Shown here: piece after piece, positions 28,901-38,310 of the stretch | How the letters are laid out: every line of letters starts with the position of its first letter | Position numbering within the stretch: the first letter of the stretch is position 1 | From: a virus | Taxonomy: Duplodnaviria > Caudoviricetes | Virus record (IMG/VR): IMGVR_UViG_3300021400_000130 | Coordinates: 64,001 to 128,000 of that record | Direction: 5' to 3' (one strand) | DNA: 64,000 nucleotides | Notes under the pieces: generated by a model | What the model saw: only the letters and a program-made list of their open reading frames with translations | The model's database searches: none | What the model was told of the DNA's origin: nothing | Program-made: the position numbers and the translations under genes

Positions 28901-30564
28901 CAATTACTTCTACAGACGGTTGTTACTGTTATTGGATACTAAATGAAACTACTGATGATCTTCAGTATTATGAATTCCCAGTAAATCATGGCCAAGACAC
29001 TTCAAATGATAAACTACTAGATGCTGGTGAATATTTTATCTATTCTAATTCAGATCTAACAGAAATGTATATTATGGGAACAGGAACTAAGATCCACATT
29101 GTTGAACCAAATGTGGAAATCAATGTTTGGAGAGTTAAAGTTCTTGATTCATCTGTAATTCTAAATTCTGGTGCATCTGCATTAGCTAATTACTGGAAAG
29201 AAATTCCTACTAATGGAAGAGTAGAACTAACAGAAAATAAAATATATACACTTAACGCTGGAACTAAGTTCAGACTTGTTAACGATGAACTAACATCCTG
29301 GTCAAGAACATTTGACAGAACTGGTGTTAAGTCTGGCTCGAATATAACGCCATATACAACAACAAAGACTATTAACTCTTGGGCTGATGGAACAAGTAAC
29401 GAAATAACATTTACTCAAACATCTGTTACATCTGTTGCTTCTGTTGTTTATACTTCTGGTGGAGAAGGAACAGTTACGGTAACTAACTATACATTTGATC
29501 AGGCTACTCAGAAGTGTACGGTAGACCTGGGAGTAATTCCTAATGGAGCAACCGTAGTTGTTACTTATACATATATCGAACAAAATACCGATCCTGATAC
29601 ATTAACCTTACAAGGTTTTGCTATTTCCTATATGAGTCCTGAGAGTAAAGAGTGGGTATACTTACCACAGATGGAACTACAGAATAGCAGTGGTAATGTT
29701 GTTTCTTGGAATGCTCAGTCCTTACTTAATTTAAATATAGGACCCGACACAGAACAAGTACTTCTTGGAAATCAAACAGTGAAATTCCAGCTGTCAACTT
29801 CAGATACTTTTTCTGATTATGTAATTACTGGTGCGGATAAAGGAAGTTACAATTACTATCAAACAGCTATTATATCTTCTCTTTCTATTGATTCTGATGG
29901 TAGTAGCGATAGATTACCAACATATCTTGTTGACACAGATGGTAATAGAAAATATCTTGACCTCTTTGTATATCAGAAACAGCTTTCTTCAAATACAGTT
30001 GTTTATGGTGAAGATAATGTTAAGATAAAACTTCTGCCTGGTTCTAGCGGAAGAACAGCAACAATAGAATTTATTCTTCCAAAAGGAAACTACATAATAC
30101 CATTTAGTAATACAAATGTATTTGCTGATTCAGACAGTTTGAATATTCAGTTTGATGGAGTGAATTTAACTTCTTTAAATTCTTCTCAATCTGATTTAAA
30201 AGAACAGAGGACTTACTATCTGACACTTGAAGTAACAGATGATAAGATTACAAGTAATCATCAATTAACTGTATCAAGAACACTTGCTACAGAGGAAGTT
30301 ACTATCACGCTACAGAACCCATTCTTGTATACTCACACAGATAATATAAATGATGAGTATTTTGAAAGAATGTTATTATTAATCCCAAGATTTGATAGAG
30401 ATAATGTTTTCAACTATACATATCAAGTTGATGAAGATGAACTCATTGAAGATCCTCTAGAAGCATCATCTTTCTTGAATCCTAATCATATATTCAACAA
30501 GTTTACTATATGTGAACTTGATACATCAGATAATACTTCAATATATATTGCAGGTAAGAAATAA
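25990..30564 (+). CDS. Baseplate wedge protein (gp6/gpJ-like) with long C-terminal extension
   Basis: SYTDKDFES, ESDPGVIL, LGY, DGRDPESI, LVTLRDY motifs; follows the gp25-like gene. Confidence 0.8.
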   Translation: MSVQNPLGPISYTDKDFESVYVELLDLVKQLTYKWDPSVSNESDPGVILLKLNAIIADKINYNIDSNILECFPETVSQLPNARQLFAQLGYNMKWYRSAGTIASLKYIGNETSVPSYTIPKFTMITDSEREIIYSIIGSTTTNSTDATVSDVQLLTDGTVSSVLVMEGVATNYSINGETNINVSHLDTKNRLYFDTNMVAENGVFITNSDNTNYNQWVRKDNLLVEEPGQTIYKFGVTNDGNYCYLEFPEDAELLFKNGINITYLRTDGQSGNIAANVLNDFYYSFAPIEDTSVTINSDNVKVMNIYSAVDGRDPESIEDGYKNYKRVVGTFDTLVTLRDYLNYVLTSELVSNGFVCDRTNDLQDTYNIVTLNDSIISSVHVIENDALPGYLHNGVFYAGKIGSIYYNEYTEEKIGTSYCYDLDTGKVYNLVNSSFDEVETVPTFDAFSLKLYLLQYMPSVTTAAGHQLTFNMLSNTQQDTVKDYLQDVKSLQHDFKNLESPSSISSHFCFFKNKFPIDCRITTQYPLSAVEANDMLGTIKRALYNRLSSKEVEFGSEITLEYVKEIVKNSDARIKDVNMSNIQFTTYAVYYDSSLEEGTYPFVEVEINTPEDEVNIEYTFTNDSEAVVDSQTFMHKAGQINYEPIKFVYSNPNWKINSTNVNITEYGIYFRYTESFMATAGQTQFTVSNSINRIESVLRSKVELSGVTFSGSTVTLPSASSVGAPVVITYWSSDNSDLVTGDSITARISYRTQFRDEIFAKSVLAGKTPLIVSGNKYTHRFDQTYNSNRPNTSEQDKYEINGISHIQTNVDISVSNLSNEYTLRNNESIQFYSPNLLDITSYSNYVKFEFYTPNASSKVINADTNYQLLQNEYLFLYWKDSDNPDAYYKFASYGKGHIICPTFELTSSNTSVGGAYLQAETDLSPENYISTDNLGYLADLSSLVSLNVNSAANILSGTKTITVKAVNEVTITSTDGCYCYWILNETTDDLQYYEFPVNHGQDTSNDKLLDAGEYFIYSNSDLTEMYIMGTGTKIHIVEPNVEINVWRVKVLDSSVILNSGASALANYWKEIPTNGRVELTENKIYTLNAGTKFRLVNDELTSWSRTFDRTGVKSGSNITPYTTTKTINSWADGTSNEITFTQTSVTSVASVVYTSGGEGTVTVTNYTFDQATQKCTVDLGVIPNGATVVVTYTYIEQNTDPDTLTLQGFAISYMSPESKEWVYLPQMELQNSSGNVVSWNAQSLLNLNIGPDTEQVLLGNQTVKFQLSTSDTFSDYVITGADKGSYNYYQTAIISSLSIDSDGSSDRLPTYLVDTDGNRKYLDLFVYQKQLSSNTVVYGEDNVKIKLLPGSSGRTATIEFILPKGNYIIPFSNTNVFADSDSLNIQFDGVNLTSLNSSQSDLKEQRTYYLTLEVTDDKITSNHQLTVSRTLATEEVTITLQNPFLYTHTDNINDEYFERMLLLIPRFDRDNVFNYTYQVDEDELIEDPLEASSFLNPNHIFNKFTICELDTSDNTSIYIAGKK

Positions 30565-31649
30565 TGAGTATATTAAAAGTACAAGAATTAACTCCTTCGG
30601 TCTACACTGAAGATTCAAGAGATTTTCAATTACTAGGCAGACTGTACGACAGTGTGTTTAATGGAATGAAGTTTGATACAGATTCTATTATTTCTTTAAT
30701 AGATACAAAGGAGTGTAGAACGAGTGTCTTACAATTACTTCAAACTAAGTTAGGCTTCTTTACAGAAAGAAAAATAGATGACGAAAAACTTAGGAGTATA
30801 CTTGAATGCTTTCCAATAGTAGTTCGTAACAAAGGTTCATTGAAAGCAATCAAAGAAACATTATATCTATTTCTAAGAATGTATTCAGTAGCCTCTGATA
30901 TGGATATCTACTATCTTAAGACGCCAACAAGTCCACCTTTTTCAGAAGATGGTCCATGTGTTCTTTCAAATGGTAAGTTGCCTGATAATAATAGTTTGAT
31001 AGTAAGAATACACTCTTTCCATACAAAACCAGATACTTCTGTTTTAGAAGAATTATTTAGATATATTCTTCCTGCAGGAATTAACTACTATATAGAATTT
31101 GATAAAGGTACTTCTCTTCCGGACATTGTATTAAAGAGTGAAGATTCCGCAGAACTACTATTTCTTTCTGATAATATTAGTGCCAACTTAAGAGGGCATG
31201 ACCAGTCACAGTCTTATAAGTTAGGTTCTGCAAATACGTCATCAATTATTTCAAATACTAGTTATGTAAGTAATCGTTTCATTGGGTACTACGATTCAGA
31301 ACAAGATGCTGACGATTATCTTGAAACTTTATCAACTCAAGTTTACAGTACCGCAATTATAAACTATACTTCTGAAGATAGTACCTCAACAGAATCAAGA
31401 CCAATGATATGTGTTGCATATTCAAATAATACTCCTACTTGGTATAGAATTAATTTCTTAGGAAATATAAGTACTGAAGAAGTTAGTACAGAGGGAGGAA
31501 TTATTTCAGCTCTTGAAGAAAAAGGTATAACTGTTAATAATGGAGATCTTATATTATATAATGATGTATATCTTTTAAGAGTTGAAAATAATTGGCAAGA
31601 ATGTAATTATGCAAGATATATTCTAAATACATACTCTATAACGGGATAA
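30564..31649 (+). CDS. Baseplate wedge protein (gp7/gpI-like)
   Basis: RNKGSLKAIK, YILPAG motifs; coupled to the gp6-like gene. Confidence 0.6.
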   Translation: MSILKVQELTPSVYTEDSRDFQLLGRLYDSVFNGMKFDTDSIISLIDTKECRTSVLQLLQTKLGFFTERKIDDEKLRSILECFPIVVRNKGSLKAIKETLYLFLRMYSVASDMDIYYLKTPTSPPFSEDGPCVLSNGKLPDNNSLIVRIHSFHTKPDTSVLEELFRYILPAGINYYIEFDKGTSLPDIVLKSEDSAELLFLSDNISANLRGHDQSQSYKLGSANTSSIISNTSYVSNRFIGYYDSEQDADDYLETLSTQVYSTAIINYTSEDSTSTESRPMICVAYSNNTPTWYRINFLGNISTEEVSTEGGIISALEEKGITVNNGDLILYNDVYLLRVENNWQECNYARYILNTYSITG

Positions 31650-31658
31650 GGAGTACAC

Positions 31659-32165
31659 ATGAATATTACTAACACTTGGTATGTAGGAACAGTAAATGTT
31701 AAACTAAAGATAAAAGATAAAGTATTTTCTTATCAATCTCATAATGAAGGTCTACCTGGATTATTTGAATCATTTGCAAGAATAATGAGCGGAAACTATC
31801 GCGGAGACTGCGATATTCCTAAATATATTGATATAAGAAAATTAGTACCAGGAACAGAAGATGAATATCTTTCTTTCTTAACACTTAACAGACTTCCTCT
31901 AACAGGAGCTAACTGGAGTGTTAACGACCAAGGAGAATTTACCGCTAATTTCACTGCTACAGTATCTAGTGATATGTTATACAATCAAGTTCCTGTAACT
32001 TCAACTGACACCTTCAAATTATATCTTATTACAGATAATGAAAGTAAGACAGGAAAGAGAGATTTAGCAAGATTAGATATTCCTGCAGAACAGCTCTCTC
32101 GTATAGTTCCTGGTGTGAATGCTATCATAGAATGGTCAATGAAACTAACAAATCCGACTGAATAA
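31659..32165 (+). CDS. Hypothetical structural protein
   Basis: AGGAG RBS; end of baseplate operon. Confidence 0.55.
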   Translation: MNITNTWYVGTVNVKLKIKDKVFSYQSHNEGLPGLFESFARIMSGNYRGDCDIPKYIDIRKLVPGTEDEYLSFLTLNRLPLTGANWSVNDQGEFTANFTATVSSDMLYNQVPVTSTDTFKLYLITDNESKTGKRDLARLDIPAEQLSRIVPGVNAIIEWSMKLTNPTE

Positions 32166-32176
32166 GGAGAAAAGTA

Positions 32177-32704
32177 ATGTCAACAATAGCATCTGAAAAA
32201 ATAAGTGTTTTTCCTGCAGTTAGAAGAGCAGGAAGTAAACCATTAGCGAGACTGATGTCAGAACAGGCTCTAGTAGGTATTGTAAACAAATTAATCAACC
32301 TTGAAGGATTTGTTATTTCTAGTTCTTTATCTGACGATATTCCACTAGAGTTCAATCTCTATGGTTACTATTTTAAGATAGTTAATCCTGTAACTTCTTT
32401 AGGGTTAGGAACAACATATACTTCAGGCAGTGTATATGCCCACATTGAACTTGTTACTTCAACAGCAGGGGATAATTTACAGTACGAAGAATTGTTTGGT
32501 CAAGACGACAACGGAAACTATACAGGTCTTGTAATTGATAGTTCTCCCGATTATACTCCTGTAAATGGAGGAGTTGTTAGAACTTTAAGAATTGCAGAAT
32601 TTTCTTCTTCTGCAAGTGGCTGGCAGATTCCTTCTGAAAGTAAAATACGATTCTCTAAAGATTCTTTAGACTTATCAGTCATTGACGGTGGTATTATTCA
32701 ATAA
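32177..32704 (+). CDS. Hypothetical structural protein
   Basis: AGGAG RBS; last gene before the terminator. Confidence 0.55.
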   Translation: MSTIASEKISVFPAVRRAGSKPLARLMSEQALVGIVNKLINLEGFVISSSLSDDIPLEFNLYGYYFKIVNPVTSLGLGTTYTSGSVYAHIELVTSTAGDNLQYEELFGQDDNGNYTGLVIDSSPDYTPVNGGVVRTLRIAEFSSSASGWQIPSESKIRFSKDSLDLSVIDGGIIQ

Positions 32705-32724
32705 ATTACTAATACACTGTATAT

Positions 32725-32760
32725 AATGAGGACATCTCTTAGAGGTGTTCTCATTTTTGT
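32725..32760 (+). terminator. Rho-independent terminator ending the structural module
   Basis: 14-bp stem AATGAGGACATCTC/GAGGTGTTCTCATT followed by a T-run. Confidence 0.75.
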
Positions 32761-32871
32761 TGTTTAGAAAGTTAACAGCAAGTTCTTTACTAAGTTAAGA
32801 ACAAGATCTTTAGTAAGTAAAGACAAATAATAACAATATATAAAAATAATAAAATAAATAACAATATTAAG

Positions 32872-32900
32872 TTGATTTTTCTTAATATTTTTAATAAAAT
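32872..32900 (+). promoter_or_regulatory. Sigma-A-type early promoter
   Basis: TTGATT-N17-TAAAAT, preceded by AG and an A-rich UP-like tract. Confidence 0.65.
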
Positions 32901-32933
32901 ATAATTGAAAAACAAACAATAGGAGAATAGTAT

Positions 32934-33236
32934 ATGAAGAAAACAGTGATTGTTTGTCCGAACTGCGGAGCGGAGTATCTCCCTCAGGAGATATATATTC
33001 CGAACTCGTTTTTCGGAAAAGCTATTCACATTGAAAGAGACGAGCAAAATCAGATTACAGATATAGTTGGAAGTAATCTTGATACCGAAGAAACTTATAC
33101 CTGTAATTTCTGCAATGTTCCATTTTCTGTGACAGCTAAAATTAGTTTCAATACAAAAGTAGATTTAAAAAGAAATTTTGAAGAAGATTACGCTACTAGG
33201 ATAACAAAAGAAAAGTTCTTGTTTGACGAAGAATAA
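32934..33236 (+). CDS. Zn-ribbon (CpXC-like) protein
   Basis: CPNC...CNFC; GGAG RBS. Confidence 0.6.
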   Translation: MKKTVIVCPNCGAEYLPQEIYIPNSFFGKAIHIERDEQNQITDIVGSNLDTEETYTCNFCNVPFSVTAKISFNTKVDLKRNFEEDYATRITKEKFLFDEE

Positions 33237-33252
33237 TTAAGGAGTGCTGATA

Positions 33253-33402
33253 ATGAAAAAGATCAACATGACAGTAGTGAACATTGTCCTCTTTATCCTT
33301 ATGCTTATTTTTAATTGTGAGATTTTTTCTCTTCTTTGTCTGACGGTATTTGCTGCTCAGCTTTTGTCATGGATCTTTAAGCATTATCCAAAGAACTATT
33401 AA
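33253..33402 (+). CDS. 49-aa membrane protein (absent from ORF track)
   Basis: AAGGAG RBS; MKKINMTVVNIVLFILMLIFNCEIFSLLCLTVFAAQLLSWIFKHYPKNY. Confidence 0.6.
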   Translation: MKKINMTVVNIVLFILMLIFNCEIFSLLCLTVFAAQLLSWIFKHYPKNY

Positions 33403-33403
33403 T

Positions 33404-33661
33404 ATGAATAGAACAACACAGTATAGACGCTTCCAGGATTTTATTCATAGAAAGCGTTTGAAAAGATTGAGTGAGAATTCCCCAATGCTGGTCTGGTGGA
33501 ATAGTTTTTCTAATCCTAGATATCTGAAACGGTATTACTGTGGCAATCAATTTTTCAAACGACAATCAAGAAAGAAAACTCGTAATCTTCCACTAGAATA
33601 TAACTTGCCAAAAGGTAATATTGGTCATAAGTATTATGACTACTGGTGGACCATTATTTAA
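33404..33661 (+). CDS. Basic hypothetical protein
   Basis: ATG 1 nt after the previous stop; Arg/Lys-rich. Confidence 0.55.
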   Translation: MNRTTQYRRFQDFIHRKRLKRLSENSPMLVWWNSFSNPRYLKRYYCGNQFFKRQSRKKTRNLPLEYNLPKGNIGHKYYDYWWTII

Positions 33662-33673
33662 GGAGAACTTAGT

Positions 33674-35353
33674 TTGATAACAATTGAGGAAAAATTAAAT
33701 AAGAAGATACCTGGTATATCTTCTTTATATATAAAGTTTGATTATAACAAAGACATTGTTGAAGCACTGAAAGAGAGCGTTACTGTTGGAGAGTTTGATA
33801 GAAAGACTTTAACATGGGAAGTTCCGGCTTCTGATCTAGCAAAGATTATCGACCGTCTTTCTGTTTTTGATTCTGTTGATCTTACTCTTCTTTCTGATGT
33901 TGAAGAAAAGAAACAAAAGGAACCAACACTTCATTCTTTCAAGACTAAACCTTTCCCTTATCAAGAAGAAGGAATAAAGTATGGTCTTCAGCATGATAAC
34001 TGGTTGTTACTTGATGCTCCTGGTCTTGGTAAAACTCTTCAGATGCTTTATCTTGCGCTTGAGTTGAAGAAGGCAGGAAAGATTGAGCACTGTTTGATTA
34101 TTTGTGGAGTAAATACACTTAAGTTTAACTGGAAGAAAGAAATTGAAAAGCATACAGACGAACAGTGCTATATTCTCGGACAGCGTATTAGTAAGAACGG
34201 AAAGTTTTCTATCGGAAGTGTTAGCGACAGAGTTAAAGACCTTAACAGTAAAATTAAAGAATTCTTTGTTGTAACCAACATTGAAACTTTACGAGATAAC
34301 GATGTTGTTAAAGGAATAAACAAAGGAGCAAATAAGTTTGATTTAGTTGTTGTTGATGAGGTACACAGATGTAAGAATCCACAATCACAACAAGGAAAGA
34401 ACTTTTTGAAACTTACAGGACCAAAATATAAAGTAGCTCTGACTGGAACTCTATTGTTAAATAGCCCACTTGATGCTTATGTTCCTCTTAAGTGGATTGG
34501 TAGAGAAAGATGCAGTTTCAGTAACTTCAAATATTATTATTGTAACTATACGGGATTTTTCAATAATGAGTTTATAGGTTATAGAAATATTGATACCTTG
34601 AAAGAACAACTTTCGAGCTGTTCTCTTCGTAGAACAAAAGATCTTCTTGACCTGCCACCTAAAACAATTATTCCAGAAATAATTGAAATGAATACAGCAC
34701 AGTCTACATTCTATTCAAATATTAAAGAAGGAATTGTTGCACAAGTCGATAAAGTTGATATGTCAACAGCAAGCATTCTGTCAATGGTTGCCAGACTAAG
34801 ACAGGCTACAGAGTGCCCTTCTGTTTTAACAACGGAGCCTATCAAATCAGAGAAAGTACTTAGAGCTATAGACTTAGTAGAACAAATTGTTTCTAATAAT
34901 GAGAAAGTTGTAGTATTTAGTACTTTCAAAGAAACACTTAATATATTGAAAGAAGAACTTAAGCAGTATAATCCTTTGCTGTGTACAGGCGATGTTAAAG
35001 ATTCTGAAATCAGTAACAATATAACAATGTTTCAGAATGATGATACTCATATGGTTATGCTTGCTACAACAAGTAAAATGGGTACGGGTGTTACTCTTAA
35101 CAGAGCAAGTCACGCAATTTTTGTTAGCAATCCGTGGACGGCAGCAGATTGTCAACAGTGTGAAGATAGAATACACCGTATTGGTTCAAAAGATCCTGTT
35201 TTTATTCATTATTTAATATGCAATGGAACAATAGATCAAAGAGTCGATGAGCTAGTTCACGATAAAGGTGCTATCAGTGATTATGTTATTGACGATAAGA
35301 TTGAAGAAAGATCTATTGACAGTCTGCGAAAATATATTTGTGAGCTAACTTAG
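33674..35353 (+). CDS. SNF2-family helicase
   Basis: DAPGLGKT, DEVH, LTGT, QCEDRIHRIG motifs. Confidence 0.9.
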   Translation: MITIEEKLNKKIPGISSLYIKFDYNKDIVEALKESVTVGEFDRKTLTWEVPASDLAKIIDRLSVFDSVDLTLLSDVEEKKQKEPTLHSFKTKPFPYQEEGIKYGLQHDNWLLLDAPGLGKTLQMLYLALELKKAGKIEHCLIICGVNTLKFNWKKEIEKHTDEQCYILGQRISKNGKFSIGSVSDRVKDLNSKIKEFFVVTNIETLRDNDVVKGINKGANKFDLVVVDEVHRCKNPQSQQGKNFLKLTGPKYKVALTGTLLLNSPLDAYVPLKWIGRERCSFSNFKYYYCNYTGFFNNEFIGYRNIDTLKEQLSSCSLRRTKDLLDLPPKTIIPEIIEMNTAQSTFYSNIKEGIVAQVDKVDMSTASILSMVARLRQATECPSVLTTEPIKSEKVLRAIDLVEQIVSNNEKVVVFSTFKETLNILKEELKQYNPLLCTGDVKDSEISNNITMFQNDDTHMVMLATTSKMGTGVTLNRASHAIFVSNPWTAADCQQCEDRIHRIGSKDPVFIHYLICNGTIDQRVDELVHDKGAISDYVIDDKIEERSIDSLRKYICELT

Positions 35354-35357
35354 TTAG

Positions 35358-35386
35358 TTGATTTTGTTTGATGATTATTATATAAT
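35358..35386 (+). promoter_or_regulatory. Sigma-A-type early promoter
   Basis: TTGATT-N17-TATAAT. Confidence 0.75.
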
Positions 35387-35415
35387 TAAACTATAATAAA
35401 GAAGGAGTTACAGTT

Positions 35416-35610
35416 ATGGATGAGTTTATGGAAGCTATGAAAGAAGTACTTGTTGATAACTTCAATGCTTATGGAGCTGACCCTGGATTTCGTGAGAATG
35501 TTGAAGTAATCAAGGATTGGAGAGAATCCGGGGAGATTACAGAAGATCAGTATAGAGAACTTCGTAGTTTCAATCGTAGTACTTACTCAGATCTTCCTCT
35601 TGATATGTGA
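35416..35610 (+). CDS. Hypothetical protein
   Basis: AAGGAG RBS after promoter. Confidence 0.6.
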   Translation: MDEFMEAMKEVLVDNFNAYGADPGFRENVEVIKDWRESGEITEDQYRELRSFNRSTYSDLPLDM

Positions 35611-35801
35611 TAGAGAATTACGGAGGGACAGAAATGAAAAAGAATGTTATTATGATCACTAAAGTTTTCCCTGACGGAAAAGTCCGTATTAGTGCTATTC
35701 CTCTTCCTAAGTGTTCTTCTTTTCTTAGCTCTGTTGTCAAAGAAATGAACCAGCAGGTAAAGAAAGGGATTATCTATAGTTATGAGATTGAATTTATCTG
35801 A
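35607..35801 (+). CDS. Hypothetical protein (start may be 35634)
   Basis: Coupled ORF; GGAGG before an internal ATG. Confidence 0.5.
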   Translation: MIENYGGTEMKKNVIMITKVFPDGKVRISAIPLPKCSSFLSSVVKEMNQQVKKGIIYSYEIEFI

Positions 35802-35819
35802 GTATAAAGGAGAAAATAA

Positions 35820-36164
35820 TTGTTGGTTACAAGGGAAGAGATTTTGAAAGAAGATTTTTCAGAAGCATTTGTTTCCAAGATGAAAAGTGCTATTGAAATG
35901 TCCTACTATAAATATGGCAATGCAAAAAAGACTTACCCAAATTTGGCTCAAGCGTATAAATGTATTCAGCAGAGGTTAGATCTTTATATTAAGACTCATA
36001 ATACGGAATATCTTGTAGATGTTGCAAATTTTGCTATGCTTGAGTTTATGTTTCCTTCGTGGGAAGACGCTAAGTATAATCCTACTGACAGCGACGGGTC
36101 ACCTGGTCTTGCTGACGGTATCTCTTATAAAGAGATGATGGATAATTTACATTCTATGTGTTAA
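35820..36164 (+). CDS. Hypothetical protein, possibly MazG-like nucleotide pyrophosphatase fold
   Basis: KYG...EYLVDVANFAMLE helical motif. Confidence 0.4.
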   Translation: MLVTREEILKEDFSEAFVSKMKSAIEMSYYKYGNAKKTYPNLAQAYKCIQQRLDLYIKTHNTEYLVDVANFAMLEFMFPSWEDAKYNPTDSDGSPGLADGISYKEMMDNLHSMC

Positions 36165-36379
36165 AGGATACAAAGATGAATACAGAATATTATAATGGAA
36201 CACCACATTTCAATGATTTACGAACACCTATTAATTCATATCCTAGAACAAATTTTGAAAAATACTCATTGCAGTATTGTGAGAACTATCTCCCTTGCGG
36301 AGTATGTCGTATCACGGGGAAACTTTGTCCTAGAATGAATGATTGTCGTTATCCTAATATAACTTGGAAGTGTTCATAA
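36158..36379 (+). CDS. Small Cys-rich protein
   Basis: CENYLPCGVCRITGKLC. Confidence 0.5.
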   Translation: MLKDTKMNTEYYNGTPHFNDLRTPINSYPRTNFEKYSLQYCENYLPCGVCRITGKLCPRMNDCRYPNITWKCS

Positions 36380-36400
36380 GGTGCATAAGAAGGAAATGCT

Positions 36401-36694
36401 ATGAGAGATTGTATTGAAAGATCGTTAGCAATTGACGAACTAACAGAGAGAAATCTAGTTGTTCATATGGATTCTGTAAACGACGGCCTAGTAGCTTCCT
36501 GTCACAGAGCGGCACAAAGAATAATTGCAGGTCTTCCAGCTGTAGATCTGTCAAATGAAAGAGCTGTAGTATTCTGTAAAGACTGTCGTCATCGCGATCC
36601 TGAGGATCATAAGTGTGATTGCGGACAGCTTGAGAGGGCTGGTTGTATTTTTCCTGTTAGCGATACATACTTCTGTGCTTATGGTGAACTATGA
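36401..36694 (+). CDS. Small Cys-rich protein
   Basis: CKDCRH...FCAYGE. Confidence 0.55.
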   Translation: MRDCIERSLAIDELTERNLVVHMDSVNDGLVASCHRAAQRIIAGLPAVDLSNERAVVFCKDCRHRDPEDHKCDCGQLERAGCIFPVSDTYFCAYGEL

Positions 36695-36888
36695 AAGAAT
36701 GTTGTGCTACTTGTCGTAGACAGTATAAACTGATAAAGTTTGATTATTCTCAAGGAGGCTGTAAACATACAGATATGGACGGGTATGTCTGTATGGCTTT
36801 TGCAGATCAGAAACAGGCTGTGTGGATGGTTGGCAGCCATGAACAGTTTGACCTGTGTGAGTGTTACTTATCAAAGGAAGGTATATAA
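36691..36888 (+). CDS. Small Cys-rich protein
   Basis: CCATC...CECY; ATGA overlap. Confidence 0.5.
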   Translation: MKECCATCRRQYKLIKFDYSQGGCKHTDMDGYVCMAFADQKQAVWMVGSHEQFDLCECYLSKEGI

Positions 36889-36889
36889 T

Positions 36890-37051
36890 ATGTATGTTAT
36901 TGAAACGTGCCCGAAGTGTGGCGGAGATTTGGATCTTCTTACATTAACCTCAAACCCCCCGATACCAGCGCGAAGATGTAGACGGTGCGGATGGTACTGG
37001 CAAGGCAAGATGGAACTGCCAGTGCGTATCCCATTTCAACCGAAGGAGTGA
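36890..37051 (+). CDS. Small Zn-ribbon protein
   Basis: MYVIETCPKCGG...CRRCGW; ATG just after previous stop. Confidence 0.55.
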   Translation: MYVIETCPKCGGDLDLLTLTSNPPIPARRCRRCGWYWQGKMELPVRIPFQPKE

Positions 37052-37056
37052 AGGAC

Positions 37057-37254
37057 ATGATTGAAGTAGTAGATAGACAAGTTGTTCCTGTCTATGAAGT
37101 AGAATGTGTTGAGTGCCATTCAAAGATTAGATACACAGCATCAGATGTCTCGTGGTGTCACATTCAGTGCCCTGTTTGTGGAATTTCTTTATGTGCTAAT
37201 ACAATATGTCCTGTCAATTACAAAGAGTTAAAACATGACAAATCCGATAAATGA
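37057..37254 (+). CDS. Small Zn-ribbon protein
   Basis: CVECH...CPVCG; AAGGAG upstream. Confidence 0.55.
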   Translation: MIEVVDRQVVPVYEVECVECHSKIRYTASDVSWCHIQCPVCGISLCANTICPVNYKELKHDKSDK

Positions 37255-37492
37255 GTCTCTTTGTATAAGATGTATCAATAAAGATTCTTGCGAGATGTAT
37301 GATGAAAATCCCCCATACATTACATCTTGCTATACATTTAAAAGAGCAAAACCTACAAGAGCAGACAAACTACGGTCGATTACAAATACAGAGGAGCTTG
37401 TTAATGAAATCTATCGCCTTGTAAAGTTGGGTACGAGTTACTCAGATTCAAGGCTTGGTTTAATTGACTATCTTAATCAATATGTCGATTGA
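37235..37492 (+). CDS. Hypothetical protein
   Basis: CIRC motif; coupled ORF. Confidence 0.5.
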   Translation: MTNPINESLCIRCINKDSCEMYDENPPYITSCYTFKRAKPTRADKLRSITNTEELVNEIYRLVKLGTSYSDSRLGLIDYLNQYVD

Positions 37493-37509
37493 GCTAGAAA
37501 GGAACTCCG

Positions 37510-37767
37510 ATGTTGTGGGAGAAGCTAAAAAGATATCTAGAGAAAGCAAAAGAAGAAGATATTGAATGTATGAGACCTAGAAAAGGTGACCACGGATATA
37601 CTAAGGGATACTGGATTCACAAAGAAACAAAAAGTTATGCAGGTGGTGGAGCAACTTTCTGTTCTGAATGTGGGTATGGGTATTCCGATCAATACTTTTT
37701 TGAAGTAGATCGGTTTAATTATTGCCCGAATTGTGGCAAGAAAATGAAAGTAGCAAAATTGAAATGA
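37510..37767 (+). CDS. Small Zn-ribbon protein
   Basis: CSECG...YCPNCGKKM. Confidence 0.6.
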   Translation: MLWEKLKRYLEKAKEEDIECMRPRKGDHGYTKGYWIHKETKSYAGGGATFCSECGYGYSDQYFFEVDRFNYCPNCGKKMKVAKLK

Positions 37768-38243
37768 ATATTGGGCAGATAATATCTAATAAGATACTTG
37801 AACGCTCAAAGGGACAGAATGAAAAGATGAATGAAATTGTATACTTTGAATTGAATAATTGGTTCTGCGGAAGAGATTATCCACCGGATGGTAATTTGAA
37901 AACATGGGTAGAAAGTAGTCAATTCAACAATGATACCTGGTGTAAAGAGAATAAGATCTGTGTTAGATCAGGTATCATTGATATGTCTGAAAATTGGTGC
38001 ATCACTGCAACAAAAGATTGGGTTGAAAAATGGTGCCCGGAACTTCTTACTGACAAGAGTTATACTTATACAGTATGTATGTACTCTCGTGGAGAGCACA
38101 CTAAGAAAGAAGAACAGGGGTGTTATGCTCAGTTCTTACGACATGAAGATGAAGAGGGAGAAGTATACGGTACATTTGGTTGGCCTTTTCTTGAGTATGA
38201 AGAAGGAAACTTTGGATCTACATATTATAGTGAAGAGGATTAA
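37722..38243 (+). CDS. Hypothetical protein (true start probably downstream)
   Basis: Open frame ending just before the next promoter. Confidence 0.55.
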   Translation: MPELWQENESSKIEMNIGQIISNKILERSKGQNEKMNEIVYFELNNWFCGRDYPPDGNLKTWVESSQFNNDTWCKENKICVRSGIIDMSENWCITATKDWVEKWCPELLTDKSYTYTVCMYSRGEHTKKEEQGCYAQFLRHEDEEGEVYGTFGWPFLEYEEGNFGSTYYSEED

Positions 38244-38248
38244 TTTTG

Positions 38249-38277
38249 TTGATTGTTAAGTTGTTATACTATATAAT
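38249..38277 (+). promoter_or_regulatory. Sigma-A-type early promoter
   Basis: TTGATT-N17-TATAAT. Confidence 0.7.
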
Positions 38278-38310
38278 TATAATGTAATAACTTATTGAAA
38301 GAGTGTACAG

